Shown here: one piece after another, positions 11,288-22,701 of the stretch
How the letters are laid out: the number at the start of each line of letters is the position of its first letter
Numbering within the stretch: position 1 is the stretch's first letter
Origin: a virus
Lineage: Duplodnaviria; Caudoviricetes
Direction: 5' to 3' (one strand)
DNA: 64,000 nt
IMG/VR virus record: IMGVR_UViG_2825252539_000001
Span: 32,001 to 96,000 of that record
Notes under the pieces: model-generated
Told to the model about the DNA's origin: nothing
The model's input: only the letters and a program-made list of their open reading frames with translations
The model's database searches: none
Made by a program: the position numbers and the translations under genes

Positions 11288-11674
11288 ATGAAACAGATGA
11301 TCGTTATGCGGACAGACCTTCGAAATACCGACAACGAAAAGGTCCGCACCGGAAAGCTCATCGCGCAGGGGGCGCACGCCTCTCTCGGCGCCGTCGCGAA
11401 GTACCTGCTACACCCACACGAGGGCAGGGAACAGCGCGGCAAGATCATCGAGTGGTTGGGCGGACCTTTTACCAAGATCTGCCTTGCCGTCGACAGCGAA
11501 GAGCAACTGCTAGAGGTTTACAACGCCGCGAAGGCGGCTGGCCTCATCACGTCACTGATCACTGACAACGGTCAGACCGAATTCGGTGGCGTACAGACCA
11601 TTACGTGTTGTGCCATCGGCCCAGACACGAACGAGAACCTAGACCCGATCACGGGTGGATTGAAGCTGCTTTGA
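11288..11674 (+). CDS. Peptidyl-tRNA hydrolase, Pth2 family
   Basis: KQMIVMRTDL, GKLIAQGAHAS, TKICL, LITDNGQTEF, TCCAIGP, ITGGLKLL. Confidence 0.93.
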   Translation: MKQMIVMRTDLRNTDNEKVRTGKLIAQGAHASLGAVAKYLLHPHEGREQRGKIIEWLGGPFTKICLAVDSEEQLLEVYNAAKAAGLITSLITDNGQTEFGGVQTITCCAIGPDTNENLDPITGGLKLL

Positions 11675-13358
11675 CACCACAGGAACACTTTGAGGCTACC
11701 GAGGCGCTACTCGCCGAGGGGGTCAAGACCGTCCAGAAGATCGCCGAGCTGGCTGAACGCCGTCGGCAACTCTCCGAGAGGGTCTATGCGGACGAGCCGG
11801 GTTCGACTACCTGGCATGAACTCGTCACCGCCGAGCGGCAGATTGAATCCATGACCATTCGCATGGATGAGTATGGCAAGAAGGCGATGGGGATCTGGGC
11901 GCAGGCGCAGGTGCATGCGACCCTGGCTAACAGGCAGTACAGCGCAGTTAACGTTGTGAATGAGATTGTCTATCAGTGAGTCTGACGCGACGCGATAAGT
12001 TCGCTGCTTCTCAGTCGCCCTACGCACTCGATCCCAACACCTTCGATGTATCTGAGCGTGGATTGAGTAGCGTTACCGCGATCTGGGCGGGGCGGAAGAA
12101 CGGCCGCACCACAGCGTCTTTCGGAACACTGGTCGGTGAGCATAACAAGCATGCGTCATTCGAGGAGTTCGTCGCCAAAGTCGACATGCGCTACGGCGGT
12201 ACGTATGAGGGCAAGTGGGACGGCCGCACGCTCATCACCGAATCGGCCCTGCCCGAGTTGCGACGCCTAGAGCTGATCAACCTGCTCGACGGTGTGCTCT
12301 CTCGATTTCCCCTAGTGCCCGAAGGTTACGAAGGATGGTTCTACCGCGCGTGAATAATCCCGTCATTGCGGCGGCGAGGCGTGCGTTTGAATCCATCTGG
12401 CCTGACCAGGGTGACTTCGAGTTCAACTTTGAGGACTCGACGCGCGCGTATGCCGTCATCAGCGCTGACGAGGCGCTCGCACCGCTGCGTAAGCTCCACT
12501 TCCCGCTTCGCCTATCCAATCCCGCGCCGGGTTGCAATCCATATGTGGGCTGCAGTGATTGCCGGCAGGCGTGGCCTTGCCGAACTGCCCGCCTGATCTA
12601 CTCCGAGAGCAGGATGCCATGAAGATCGAGACTGTCGATGGAATCGATTGGCCTGTACTACAACCCGAAGACTGTCACACCCGCATAGGTGATGACGTTT
12701 TCGCGCTCTTCGAGGACGAAAGCGGTAACGGTGTCTTTGGTTACGGCCATGTCCCAGAAGCCGAGTTCCTCGCCGAGGTCAGGCGATTCTGGGCCTGCAC
12801 TTGTCCGGATGATGACGAGTGGGAGATCGTCGGCCCGGTATCGCACGTCTGGGCCAAGTTTATCGACCCCAACGGGGAGCGGTTTTCCTGGGCTGGTGCG
12901 ACATCCGAGACGCAGCACGCCTTTCCGATGACCGTCTTGGAGTGGTGATGACATACTACGAGAGCATCGAAGAAGTCGCTGAGGTTATCGGCAAGCTCCC
13001 CCGTGTTGATCTCGAACTGGAGCCTGTGTTCAAAGCTATTCGCGCGCAGATTGATAGCGGATCGCAGTTCGACATCCGCGTTGGGGCGATCTGGGATCGT
13101 AAAGGTTACCCAGACGGGGGTAGCGTCTCGAAAGAGGTGTCGCCCAGCTCTTATCGCTACAGCGAATACACCTGGGTAGGCGTCGGCGTCCTTGTTGGTG
13201 ATGGCTGGCAGACCGACGAATTGAAATCGGTCGTTTCCGCGGCGGCAAACCATGACGAGATTAAGAAGTTCATCGCTGAAGAGAACGCACGGCAGGCGAC
13301 GCGAGACAAGGTCGCCGCCCTGCGCGCCGAGGCCGACAAGCTGGAGGAGAGTCTGTAG
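11671..13358 (+). other. Hypothetical ORFs 11671-11979, 11976-12353, 12350-12622, 12619-12948, 12948-13358
   Basis: Overlapping stop/start chain. Confidence 0.6.
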
Positions 13359-14150
13359 GTGGAGTTCCCAGAACCCGCCAAGATCCTGGTGGCGGGGGAC
13401 TGGCATGACAACGCCAATTGGGGCCGAAGCATCATCCGCCACGCGATACTTCAGGGTGTCGACGCCATCGTCCATTGCGGCGACTTCGGTTGGTGGCGTG
13501 AGGGTTTACCCACACATCACTACCTAAGCACGATCAGCGCGGAACTCGTCGAGGCGGGTGTTCAGCTGTATTGGGTCGACGGAAACCACGAAGACCACGA
13601 CCGGATTAATGAATGGCTCGACGCCACGGGTGGTCAACCATGGTCCGATAAGCGATACCCGAACATCACGCACCTGCCAAGGGGTTTCCGTTGGGTGTGG
13701 TGGGGCCAGACCTGGCTTGCGCTAGGTGGTGCACACTCGGTCGACCGGTTGGGGCGTAAGCCTGGAATCGACTGGTGGGACGCGGAGCACATCACCGATG
13801 AGCAGATGGCCCGCGCGATGGATGGTGGCCACGCCGACGTGATGATCACTCACGACTGTCCAGCGGGCGTGAGCATCCCTGGCATTCCCGATGACCCCGC
13901 CGACGATCACCGCGGCTACTGGCCCATGTCGGAGCTGATCGCCTCTCGCGATCATCGAGAGCGGCTGGCGGTGGTGGTCGACTACGTCAAGCCGCATTTA
14001 CTGATCGGTGGCCATTACCACCTCAGGCATGCTGGCCTTCGCCGATCGCCCGACGGCTGGGTAACTCAGGTTCACATCCTGGACTGTGACGCAACGTCTT
14101 TGGCTGACAACACGCTAATCATGACGCGGAACGAGGCTGATGAGCACTAA
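13359..14150 (+). CDS. Calcineurin-like metallophosphoesterase
   Basis: GDWH, GDFG, DGNHED, THDCP and GHYH motifs. Confidence 0.93.
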   Translation: MEFPEPAKILVAGDWHDNANWGRSIIRHAILQGVDAIVHCGDFGWWREGLPTHHYLSTISAELVEAGVQLYWVDGNHEDHDRINEWLDATGGQPWSDKRYPNITHLPRGFRWVWWGQTWLALGGAHSVDRLGRKPGIDWWDAEHITDEQMARAMDGGHADVMITHDCPAGVSIPGIPDDPADDHRGYWPMSELIASRDHRERLAVVVDYVKPHLLIGGHYHLRHAGLRRSPDGWVTQVHILDCDATSLADNTLIMTRNEADEH

Positions 14151-14840
14151 CAAGTGGCGCGTACGCAAGAGTCGAAACAGGTGGATTGTCCGCGAACCGG
14201 GCGGTTCACACTTTGGAACCTACCTCACATGGCACGAAGCGATGGCTCAAGCGACCGGCCGCACAGTGATACAGGGTAGGTCCGCCAATGGGGGCAGCTT
14301 CGCTCTCGGATATGGCCAGGCTTACGACTCCCGGTCATGGAGCCGCGCGTTCGGGTTCGTCGGGCCGGTGAGGTGCTGATGAGTTGGACACTTCCAGACG
14401 GATACCGTCAGCAAATCGCGCTAGCGAATTACGCGCCCGGGCCGTTGAATCCGCCGGGATTCTATGACGACATTCCCATTCTCGAATGTGGATGCAGTGC
14501 CGAGGATTGTGACGGCTTCGCCTGCGAGGAGTAATCGATGTGTAGCCCGGAGCTAGTCAAGGGGATGTGCTGCATCTGTTGCGGCACTTTGACTCCAGAG
14601 AACATTTACGTCGATGACGCAGGGGTTCAGTGGGACTTCCACCGGGGTAAGTGCGCCATTCTTGGCGGGGTCTATTCCGATCCCGTGCACGAGGCGGTGG
14701 GCGAAGCCTTGATCAAGGCGTTTCAGTCACTCCCTGCGAACAGTGCTGAACGGCACTTGATGAACAGGATCTATTACGGCTTCGCCGATCTGGTCGCAGA
14801 TGAAGACCACTTCGATAGGGGCCAACAGGAGGTTAACTAA

Positions 14841-15218
14841 GTGCCCGTCTGGATGGGTGTTATCAGCGCACTGATCGTTCAGGTGTCGGGAACACCGTAT
14901 ATCCCAGGGGGCGATAGCCCCGCCGGCACCGACTGCTCAGGTCTTGCGTCCTGGGTCGCGAACGCCGCGACAGGCCGCCCGATCTATGGGGATCGCTTCC
15001 ACACGGGTAACGAGGAGCAAGCGCTGCTTGCCCGCGGATTCCGCTACGGGACAGCGCCGAACGCGTTGGTGATCGGTTGGAACAGCCGGCACACGGCGGT
15101 CACCCTACCTGATGGCACTGCGGTTTCCAGCGGCGAACGCGGCGGTGTTCGAGTCGGCGGTGGCGGCGCCTATCAGCCGCAGTTCACCCATCACATGTAC
15201 CTGCCAATCGAGGGCTAG
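14841..15218 (+). CDS. NlpC/P60-family peptidase
   Basis: GTPYIPGG..GTDCSGLASW (catalytic Cys) and HTAV (His). Confidence 0.8.
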   Translation: MPVWMGVISALIVQVSGTPYIPGGDSPAGTDCSGLASWVANAATGRPIYGDRFHTGNEEQALLARGFRYGTAPNALVIGWNSRHTAVTLPDGTAVSSGERGGVRVGGGGAYQPQFTHHMYLPIEG

Positions 15219-15219
15219 T

Positions 15220-16291
15220 TTGCAACAACAGCTGAAGATAACGCTGTACTCCGCTAATGATCAGATCCGTTCCGCCGTAAGGGCGTTCAAGAGCAATGTG
15301 TGCCAGGTTCTTGAGATCACGGACTCATCCAAGATGCCGCGGGTAGATCTCAATGAAGAGCAGCAACCCGGCACGATCGGCCGGCTCAATCTACCCGACC
15401 GGGTAGATGCCGTCATCAGTTGTTCGGCGCTGAACTCCAAGACCGAAGGCCTCGCGGCTTCACTCGGCTTGAAGCAGAACCGCAACGACGTATACGCGGT
15501 CGTGCTTCCAGAGGCCTTGGACTGGTTGAAGAACAAGCTCGATCGACACGGGGAGTTGGTCCTCGTTGGGGCGGACCAAGCCAAGTGAGCGCATGCCTGA
15601 ATTGTGGTGAAGCCCTCGACAGTACAGCCAAGATCCACGCCAACGGCCAGTTCCGTTGCGAGGGTGGCGGTTGGGCCGAGGAATGGACGCCAGACGCTCT
15701 CGCCGGTCGAATCGAGCACGCCCGCGAAGAGGGATATTCCGACGGGTATCGCGAAGCGGAGTACGAGTACGACAACAAGGTAGATGATGCCTACGACGAC
15801 GGTAGGGCCGACGGCCGCAAAGAGATCATCAGCCGGGTCCAGGCGGCGATTACCGAACTGCGTTCGCCGGACGTCTATCTGACGGCATATGACGTACTCA
15901 GCCAAGTCGAAGAGGCGCTTCGTTGATCGGCGCCGACCGCTGGATTCTGAAGCCAACGGGTCAGCCCTTCGTCAGTAGCTACTGGTGTGCCGCGGTCCGG
16001 AAGATGCCACGCCGGTACTTGGTCCACCTGTACGAACGTCTGACTCAGGGCGTATCACGTTACGACGCTGTCGATCTTAACGGATTTATCGCTGACACGA
16101 TCGCCCTAGGCGCGTGGAAGTTGTTCGTACACACACAGAGCTATCCGCTCGGCTACACCTATGACCAATGGCTCGATGTCCTGCTGGACATACGAGACGA
16201 ATTCACCGCAGACCCGGACGACGTTGATTGGCATCCGTCTGATCGGGCGTGGCGGCTCCTGCATAAACACTCACAAGATCTGTGGAGTTAG
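15220..16291 (+). other. Hypothetical ORFs 15220-15588, 15585-15926, 15923-16291
   Basis: Overlapping chain of ORFs. Confidence 0.55.
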
Positions 16292-16295
16292 ACAA

Positions 16296-17573
16296 TTGAA
16301 GCTCGAAGCACCCAAGTCAATTAACTATGCGGCTCAGGTCGTCCGTATCCCTACGCTGGTGGAATTGGCCAAGCTCGACAATCTGGTTGGTGTACCGATT
16401 CTCGGTTGCCAGGCGTTAACACAGAGGGCGGGCAGCTCGGTTGGTGATCTCGTCATCGCATTCACTGCTGAGACTCAGCTGTCCGACGAGTACGCCCACC
16501 TGAACGACCTCTATCGGGACGTCGAACTCAACGCGACCCCCGAGGCTACGGGCTACCTGGAGAAGAATCGCCGCATTCGGGCGGTGAAGTTCAAGGGCCA
16601 TCGCTCCGACGCTCTACTCATGCCCCTATCGTCTGTCGCCTATACCGGAGTCGACCCGTCCGAATTCCAAGAGGGCGATGTCTTCGACACGCTCAATGGG
16701 CACGAGATCTGCAAGAAGTACGAACTGCCGGTCAAGGCCGGCACGGCGGCAAAGTCCAAGGTTGACAAGGCATTCAAGCGGGTGGACAAGAAGATCTTCC
16801 CGGAACATCTGGAGACCGACAACTATTGGCGCAGCAAGCATATTTTGGACCCCAAGCGTGTTGCGATCTCGACTCAGAAGTTGCACGGCACCAGTATTCG
16901 CGTTGGCCGCGTCCCCTGCCTGCGCCAGAAGGGCTGGCTGGAGCGCGTCATCAACCGGTGGTTCCCGACCGCGGATCACACCTACGACGCCGTGTTCGGC
17001 AGCCGCAAGGTCATCAAGGACATCAACAACCCGAACCACTCGCACTACTACGAGTCGGACATCTGGACCGAGTACGGCAAGCAGGTTGCCGACCTCCTGC
17101 CGGACGGCTACATCGTCTACGGCGAGCTGATCGGCTGGACACCAGAGGGGCAGCCCATCCAGAAGGGCTACACCTACAACCTGCCGCACGGTAAAGCTGA
17201 GCTGTACGTCTACCGCATCGCGTTCATCAACGCCCAGGGGACGCTTGCCGATCTTCCGTGGGATGGCGTGAAGGACTTCTGCCTCGCGCGCGGCCTGAAG
17301 TGGACGCCCGAGTTGTACCGGGATTTCCCGATGCACATCGACGGCGAACATGTCGACCCATGGCTTGGGTCGCGGTTCTTTGAGGTCCATGAGGATGCTT
17401 GGTTCTACGAGCAGCCGGTTCCATTGTCGGACAAGAAGACCGTCGATGAGGGATTCGTTATCCGCCAGGATGGCATCGTCCCAACCCTGCTCAAGGCGAA
17501 GGCGCCTGAGTTCCTCCAGTACGAGACCAAGCTGCTCGACAAGGGCGAGGTCGATACGGAGAGTGCAGCTTGA
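16296..17573 (+). CDS. ATP-dependent RNA ligase (Rnl2/DRB0094-like)
   Basis: Nucleotidyltransferase motifs TQKLHGTS, VYGELIG, LYVYRI, DEGFVIR and LLKAK, preceded by an N-terminal OB-like region (RIRAVKFKGHRSDALLMP). Confidence 0.85.
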   Translation: MKLEAPKSINYAAQVVRIPTLVELAKLDNLVGVPILGCQALTQRAGSSVGDLVIAFTAETQLSDEYAHLNDLYRDVELNATPEATGYLEKNRRIRAVKFKGHRSDALLMPLSSVAYTGVDPSEFQEGDVFDTLNGHEICKKYELPVKAGTAAKSKVDKAFKRVDKKIFPEHLETDNYWRSKHILDPKRVAISTQKLHGTSIRVGRVPCLRQKGWLERVINRWFPTADHTYDAVFGSRKVIKDINNPNHSHYYESDIWTEYGKQVADLLPDGYIVYGELIGWTPEGQPIQKGYTYNLPHGKAELYVYRIAFINAQGTLADLPWDGVKDFCLARGLKWTPELYRDFPMHIDGEHVDPWLGSRFFEVHEDAWFYEQPVPLSDKKTVDEGFVIRQDGIVPTLLKAKAPEFLQYETKLLDKGEVDTESAA

Positions 17574-18316
17574 GCCGGCAGACGATCGTCGTTGACGTCG
17601 AGACCACCGGACTAGAGGACCATCATGTGATCCTCGAAGTCGCTGCGGTAAACATCGACACGGGCGAAGAGATGTGCTTCGTGCCCTACGTCCCAATGGA
17701 GGACTTCGCCAAGGCTTCGCCAGAAGCTCTAGCAGTCAACCGATACTTCGAGCGTGGCATTCGGCAGTACATGGCCGACGAAGAAGAGACACGGCTTGGT
17801 TACTACAAGCTGCGGACGTGGCTGGAAGGCAACACGCTCGCCGGATCGAATCCATCGTTCGACGCCGGCAAGCTCGCCAAAGTCAAATACACCGACCCAA
17901 ACGGATTCTCATTCGAGGATGGGCGCACCTTTGGCACCCCCTGGCACCACCGTTTCCGAGATCTCAGCGCTTACGCCGAGGGGACGCTCGGTCTCGATGA
18001 GCTACCCGGGCTGCACAAGGTGTGCGAGTTGTTGGGCGTCGAGAACACGGCCGAGCATTCTGCGCTCGGTGACGCTCGTGCAACGGTCGAATGCTTCCGC
18101 TTGCTCAAGGGGAGGCCGCGCAAGCGCGTAGACATCGACAAGTTGTGCCGAAAAGCTCAGGCGCTTGGCGGAATGGACACTCGTAGCTTCAGCTTCGCTG
18201 AAGCGGTCTTCGACCTCGTGAACGCCATCTACCAGGAGGCGCCAGCGGTGCATTGGGTAGGTCGCATCAAGCCCGAGAACATGATTGACGGACGCGATTC
18301 CTGGACTCGATGTTGA
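17570..18316 (+). CDS. DnaQ-like DEDDh 3'-5' exonuclease
   Basis: VVDVETTGL, GSNPSFD, EHSALGDA. Confidence 0.92.
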   Translation: MSRQTIVVDVETTGLEDHHVILEVAAVNIDTGEEMCFVPYVPMEDFAKASPEALAVNRYFERGIRQYMADEEETRLGYYKLRTWLEGNTLAGSNPSFDAGKLAKVKYTDPNGFSFEDGRTFGTPWHHRFRDLSAYAEGTLGLDELPGLHKVCELLGVENTAEHSALGDARATVECFRLLKGRPRKRVDIDKLCRKAQALGGMDTRSFSFAEAVFDLVNAIYQEAPAVHWVGRIKPENMIDGRDSWTRC

Positions 18317-18341
18317 ATAACTAAAGAGAGAGTGGCTGACC

Positions 18342-19199
18342 ATGAGCGTTGATCTCAGCCTGTATACACCGACCGCCGGCACGATTCGTCAAGTAGCCAA
18401 CGTGTTCAAGTTCCCCGGTGGAGAGGTGCACCTCAACGACCTCAAACTCGGCGAGGTGTCGGACGATGCGATTTTCATTGCGCTGGTCCGTGGTTCAAGC
18501 CTTGACGATCTCATGGCAGCCGCGCTCTGGTCCGATGTTGCAGCGGATAACGCGTGTCGGTTCGCGTTGATGCTGCCGTACCTGCCGGCCGCGCGTGCGG
18601 ATCGGGGATCGCCCGAGGGTGCTTACGTGTACTCGAAGTTCATCAACTCGATGCTGAATCCGAGTTGCGACCAGATCATCACGGTCGACGCCCACTCGTG
18701 GGTGATGCCGAAGTACTTCGGCGAGGCGATTGACGACCTTAGTGCTGTACCGCTGATCAAGCGCGCCCTCACCTCGACCTGCGAGCAGTATGACGCGGTC
18801 ATAGCGCCCGACGCAGGAGCCGAGCACCGAGCGAAGATGGCGGCGACCGCTCTGGGGCTTGACTTCTACCAGTGTGAAAAGCATCGCGACTTCGACACCG
18901 GGAAACTACTGAAGTACAGGGCTCCCGAGATGCCGAAGGCCGGCCGCTATCTCGTTGTGGATGACATCTGCGACGGCGGCGGGACTTTCATGCTCCTGGC
19001 GAACTCCTTGAACCTGCCGAGGGAGCAACTCGGTCTGTGGGTGACTCACGGCATTTTCTCGGGCGCCGCCAATGACCTTCGCGCTCGCTATGACCGGATC
19101 TACACCACCGACTCTCACCCCGGTCACAGCCGAGTCGGCTGCGCCACAACGACGATCCCGACCTACGTCTACATGTTCCAAGCGATGAAGAAGGACTGA
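18342..19199 (+). CDS. Ribose-phosphate pyrophosphokinase-like protein (probable Adps of a NARP1-type NAD+ reconstitution pathway)
   Basis: FKFPGGE, MLPYLPAARADR, VDAHS, APDAGA, PRPP loop VVDDICDGGGTF, VTHGIFS; near a NAMPT-like gene. Confidence 0.9.
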   Translation: MSVDLSLYTPTAGTIRQVANVFKFPGGEVHLNDLKLGEVSDDAIFIALVRGSSLDDLMAAALWSDVAADNACRFALMLPYLPAARADRGSPEGAYVYSKFINSMLNPSCDQIITVDAHSWVMPKYFGEAIDDLSAVPLIKRALTSTCEQYDAVIAPDAGAEHRAKMAATALGLDFYQCEKHRDFDTGKLLKYRAPEMPKAGRYLVVDDICDGGGTFMLLANSLNLPREQLGLWVTHGIFSGAANDLRARYDRIYTTDSHPGHSRVGCATTTIPTYVYMFQAMKKD

Positions 19200-19202
19200 T
19201 CT

Positions 19203-19616
19203 TTGACCGTCTGCCTTGCCCCCATCGAATGGCCAACAGGCACCCTGCTCGAACGCCAAGCCATCTTTACCTACGAGGTTGCTCGCCTACAGGCGGCGGC
19301 GGTCGATGCGCCCATCGTCCCCGAGCCGTGGTCGACACGCGACGAGAAGTTCCGTACGCAGTACTTGGAGATCACTTCCAAGATGATGGGTCCGGACCGG
19401 TTCGAGAGTCCGGAAGCCGCCCATGATTCCTGGTGGCAGGCATATATCGACCTGGGCTGGACCTACGGCCCCGTGCGCGATGTCGACGCCAAAACTCATC
19501 CCGACATGGTTCCATTCGCCGATCTCGGATGGGAAGAACGTGTCAAAGACGCCGTTTGGATCGCCCTCAATGAGATTGCGCGCCAGTGGATTACCGATGG
19601 AGATCCCGATGACTAA
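19203..19616 (+). CDS. RyR (ryanodine-receptor repeat) domain protein
   Basis: HDSW....[31 protein letters not shown] matches the RyR repeat signature. Confidence 0.85.
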   Translation: MTVCLAPIEWPTGTLLERQAIFTYEVARLQAAAVDAPIVPEPWSTRDEKFRTQYLEITSKMMGPDRFESPEAAHDSWWQAYIDLGWTYGPVRDVDAKTHPDMVPFADLGWEERVKDAVWIALNEIARQWITDGDPDD

Positions 19617-21087
19617 GTTCGCGCCCGTCGCGGCTTTGTTCAAGACCGATGCCTACAAGCTCGGCCACATCCAGCAGTATGCGTTGAGCGGCAAGGTCAC
19701 TCGCGTCTACTCCAACTACACCAACCGCAAGTCACGCATCCCCGGCGTCGACCATGTCGTGCACTTCGGCCTACAGGCCTATATCCAGCAGCAGCTCATG
19801 GAGGCGTTCGAGCCGTTCTTTGCCGCCGATGAGGATCTCGTCTGCGAGTTGTACGAAGAGCGCCTCGGTCAGATCCTTGGCCCAGATGCCGCGGCTAGTA
19901 TCGGTTCCGATCACATCCGCGCCCTGCACCGGCTCGGTTACTTGCCACTGCGGTTCTGCGCCCTCCCAGAGGGAACGCTTGTCCCCATCGGAGTGCCGGC
20001 ATTCACGGTTGAAAACACGATCGACGAGTTCTACTGGCTAACGAACTATGTCGAGACGGGGATCTCGGCCGGCTACTGGCAGCCGTCTACGAGTGCCACA
20101 ATCGCTCACCAGTACCGCAAGACGTTGGTGGCTGCTGCGATTCGGACGGGCGTTCCCGTCGAGGTTGTCGACTGGCAATGCCACGACTTTTCTTATCGAG
20201 GCATGTCTTCGCACGAGACCGCGGCGGCATCAGGCGCCGCCCATCTGCTGAGCTTCACCGGCACTGATTCTCTCGTGGCGCTGGAGTGGATCGACAAGTA
20301 CTACGGCGGTTCTTACGTCGCGGGAAGTGTCCCAGCTACGGAGCACTCTGTCATGTGTACCGGTATCGAGACCGTGGGTGAGCTGGAGACCTTCCGGCGA
20401 TTGCTCAAGCTGTACCCCACGGGCATCGTCTCCGTCGTCTCGGACACCTTTGATCTCTGGAAGGTGCTCACCGAGTATCTGCCGGCGCTCAAGGATGAGA
20501 TCCTCGCCCGCGACGGCAAGCTCGTCATCCGACCAGACTCCGGCGATCCTGAGAAGATCATCTGTGGCGATCCCGATGCAGAACCCGGCACGCCGGCATG
20601 GTACGGCGTGGTGTGGTTACTCGATATGGTGTTTGGCCACACGTTCAATGATGCGGGTTTCGCCGAGCTTGATCCTCACGTTGGTGTCATCTACGGCGAC
20701 TCCATCACGGTGGAGCGGTCTGATTCCATCACGCGACGATTGGAGCGGATGGGCTTTGCTTCGTCCAACATCGTGTTCGGTGTGGGTTCCTTCACCTACC
20801 AGTACAACACGCGCGACACGTTCTCTTCTGCCATGAAGGCGACATGGGCCGAGGTCGACGGTGAAGGTGTGAATCTGTTGAAGAATCCGGTCACCGACAA
20901 CGGCACGAAGAAGTCCGCGACCGGTCGACTGGCAGTGGAGCAAAGCTGGGGTGAGCTTATCTTGACGCAGGATGCGACTTGGGACGAAGAACGACACAGT
21001 CTGCTCCAGCTTGTCTGGGAGAACGGTGAATTCATACGCCGGCAGGAATTCGCGGATGTCCGACGCGTCCTAGGAGAAGCGGCATGA
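19609..21087 (+). CDS. Nicotinamide phosphoribosyltransferase-like protein (probable Namat of NARP1)
   Basis: [77 protein letters not shown]. Confidence 0.93.
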   Translation: MTKFAPVAALFKTDAYKLGHIQQYALSGKVTRVYSNYTNRKSRIPGVDHVVHFGLQAYIQQQLMEAFEPFFAADEDLVCELYEERLGQILGPDAAASIGSDHIRALHRLGYLPLRFCALPEGTLVPIGVPAFTVENTIDEFYWLTNYVETGISAGYWQPSTSATIAHQYRKTLVAAAIRTGVPVEVVDWQCHDFSYRGMSSHETAAASGAAHLLSFTGTDSLVALEWIDKYYGGSYVAGSVPATEHSVMCTGIETVGELETFRRLLKLYPTGIVSVVSDTFDLWKVLTEYLPALKDEILARDGKLVIRPDSGDPEKIICGDPDAEPGTPAWYGVVWLLDMVFGHTFNDAGFAELDPHVGVIYGDSITVERSDSITRRLERMGFASSNIVFGVGSFTYQYNTRDTFSSAMKATWAEVDGEGVNLLKNPVTDNGTKKSATGRLAVEQSWGELILTQDATWDEERHSLLQLVWENGEFIRRQEFADVRRVLGEAA

Positions 21088-21386
21088 CCTTTTCAGTGCA
21101 ACGTGTACGTCCCCGAGATCTCCAGATGTTCGCCGTGCAGTGGGACTCCGAAGATGCGGCGCACGACATCATCGATTGGATCGAGGTACACAACGGTCAC
21201 GCCTACCGAGATGAGGACGTCTCGGGTGCGTCGGGTCCGGCCGGCGAGGACTGGGGTGAGTTCCAGGTAGAGACGTTCAACGGCGATATCGACGTTGCCC
21301 CATACGATTTCATCATCCTGGGCACCACCGGCGAATTCTTCGTGCGCAAGCCTAAATCCATGATCGAACTATACGAGGTGCTCTGA
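21084..21386 (+). CDS. Small conserved phage protein (AVQW...GD.II.G..GEF family)
   Basis: FAVQWD ... VETFNGDIDVAPYDFIILGTTGEFFVRKP..IELYEV; ATGA-coupled to the NAMPT-like gene. Confidence 0.65.
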   Translation: MTFSVQRVRPRDLQMFAVQWDSEDAAHDIIDWIEVHNGHAYRDEDVSGASGPAGEDWGEFQVETFNGDIDVAPYDFIILGTTGEFFVRKPKSMIELYEVL

Positions 21387-22701
21387 TGGCTGAAGATCTA
21401 CTGAAGCGGGTTCTTGAAGGGATCGGACCGAACGGCGTGGCTGTCGCCGAGGCGTTTGCGGAAGCGTTCCGAGACTTCGCGAAAGATAACAGCTTCGACG
21501 GTCATCGACGAGCGGATGCCGAGCGACTCCTCGTGGCCGAAGCCGAGCTAGAGGCTCTTCGTACCGAACTGGCGGAGGTTACCTACGAACGGGATCGGCT
21601 GATCATCGCTCGGGATAACGCCGCGGAGCGGGCGTCTCGATACGCGCGACAGCTCGGCGAGATCACCGTAGCGTTTGACGCTTTGCGGATCGTGGTGAAC
21701 GGGGTGGAATGAGCAAGCAGATATCCATAGTTCTTCCGGAACCGTCGGAGTACTCACCCTGGGGCGAGCCTCAGTGGAACTCTTACCCGTTTGTTCGGGT
21801 TGAAGATGATGCTGAAGAGGGCGACGAGATCGTAGTAGGCGTCTCGGATGAGCACCTCTACAAGATCAATCCGTACGAGGCGCAAGATTTCGCCGCTTCG
21901 CTACTCGCTGCAGCGGACAAGCTTCTGTCGCGGTGAGAGAGCCGACTTGCGGCGGCTGCCAGGGGCTGGGAGCGCACGGCCGGCTGTGCCGTACCCGTCC
22001 GGGTTGGTACTGGCGCCGTCTCGCTCAAGATGCTACGGATCTGGCCGACTCGATCGGCTCCAACGATCCAGAGGCGTCGAACATGGCCTACGCCATCGCG
22101 GGACGAATGCGAATCAAGGCCGACGCTTCCACCACGACATTTCTGACCAATCAAGGGGCTTCATGAGCTGGCATGTAGGGGTGTACGAAAACACCCTCAC
22201 GATGGATGCCGCGGTAGCGGAGAGGTTGATCGCCGAAGGCGACAATCAGGGTTATCTACTGTTCTACGAAAACGACAAGCTGACAATCGACGGTGACCCA
22301 GCCGAGCACATCGACTTCTTCTGGCAAGACTGGGCGGAAGAGATCCTTGACGATTCGTCGGTGAACGGTGTGTTCGCCTTCATCTCGGCCGAGGGTGACA
22401 ACGCCGGCAGCATCTGGGGCTATCAGTTCGATCAAGGTCGCGTGACCGAGTTGGTCGGTGAGATTCGGCTGGTGCCCGCGAGTTGACGGTCAAGCACGCT
22501 GACGCATGCCTGTTCACCATCTATAGCGGCGGCCGGCCGTGGCGCACCCACAAGGCGTCTGCTGTTTTCTTCGACGACGACCGTATGCGTGGTACTCGCT
22601 CCAGGGCGGAGCCAACTTTCGCGGTGTCTGTGGTTGATAGAGAGACGGGCGAGGTCATCCGCTACCCGGGTTGGTCGCAGTTCGAGGTCGCCAATGGGTG
22701 A
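21386..22701 (+). other. Hypothetical ORFs 21386-21712, 21709-21936, 21933-22166, 22163-22486, 22483-22701
   Basis: Overlapping chain of ORFs. Confidence 0.6.

Noticed and set aside
16626-17696. Long antisense ORFs (also 4180-4962, 2529-3302, 60923-61774, 40654-41445)
   Set aside because: Shadow frames opposite well-supported genes in GC-rich DNA, with no motifs.
18342-21087. NARP2 or classical NAD salvage (NAMPT + NMNAT)
   Set aside because: No adenylyltransferase gene seen nearby; the partner is PRS-like.
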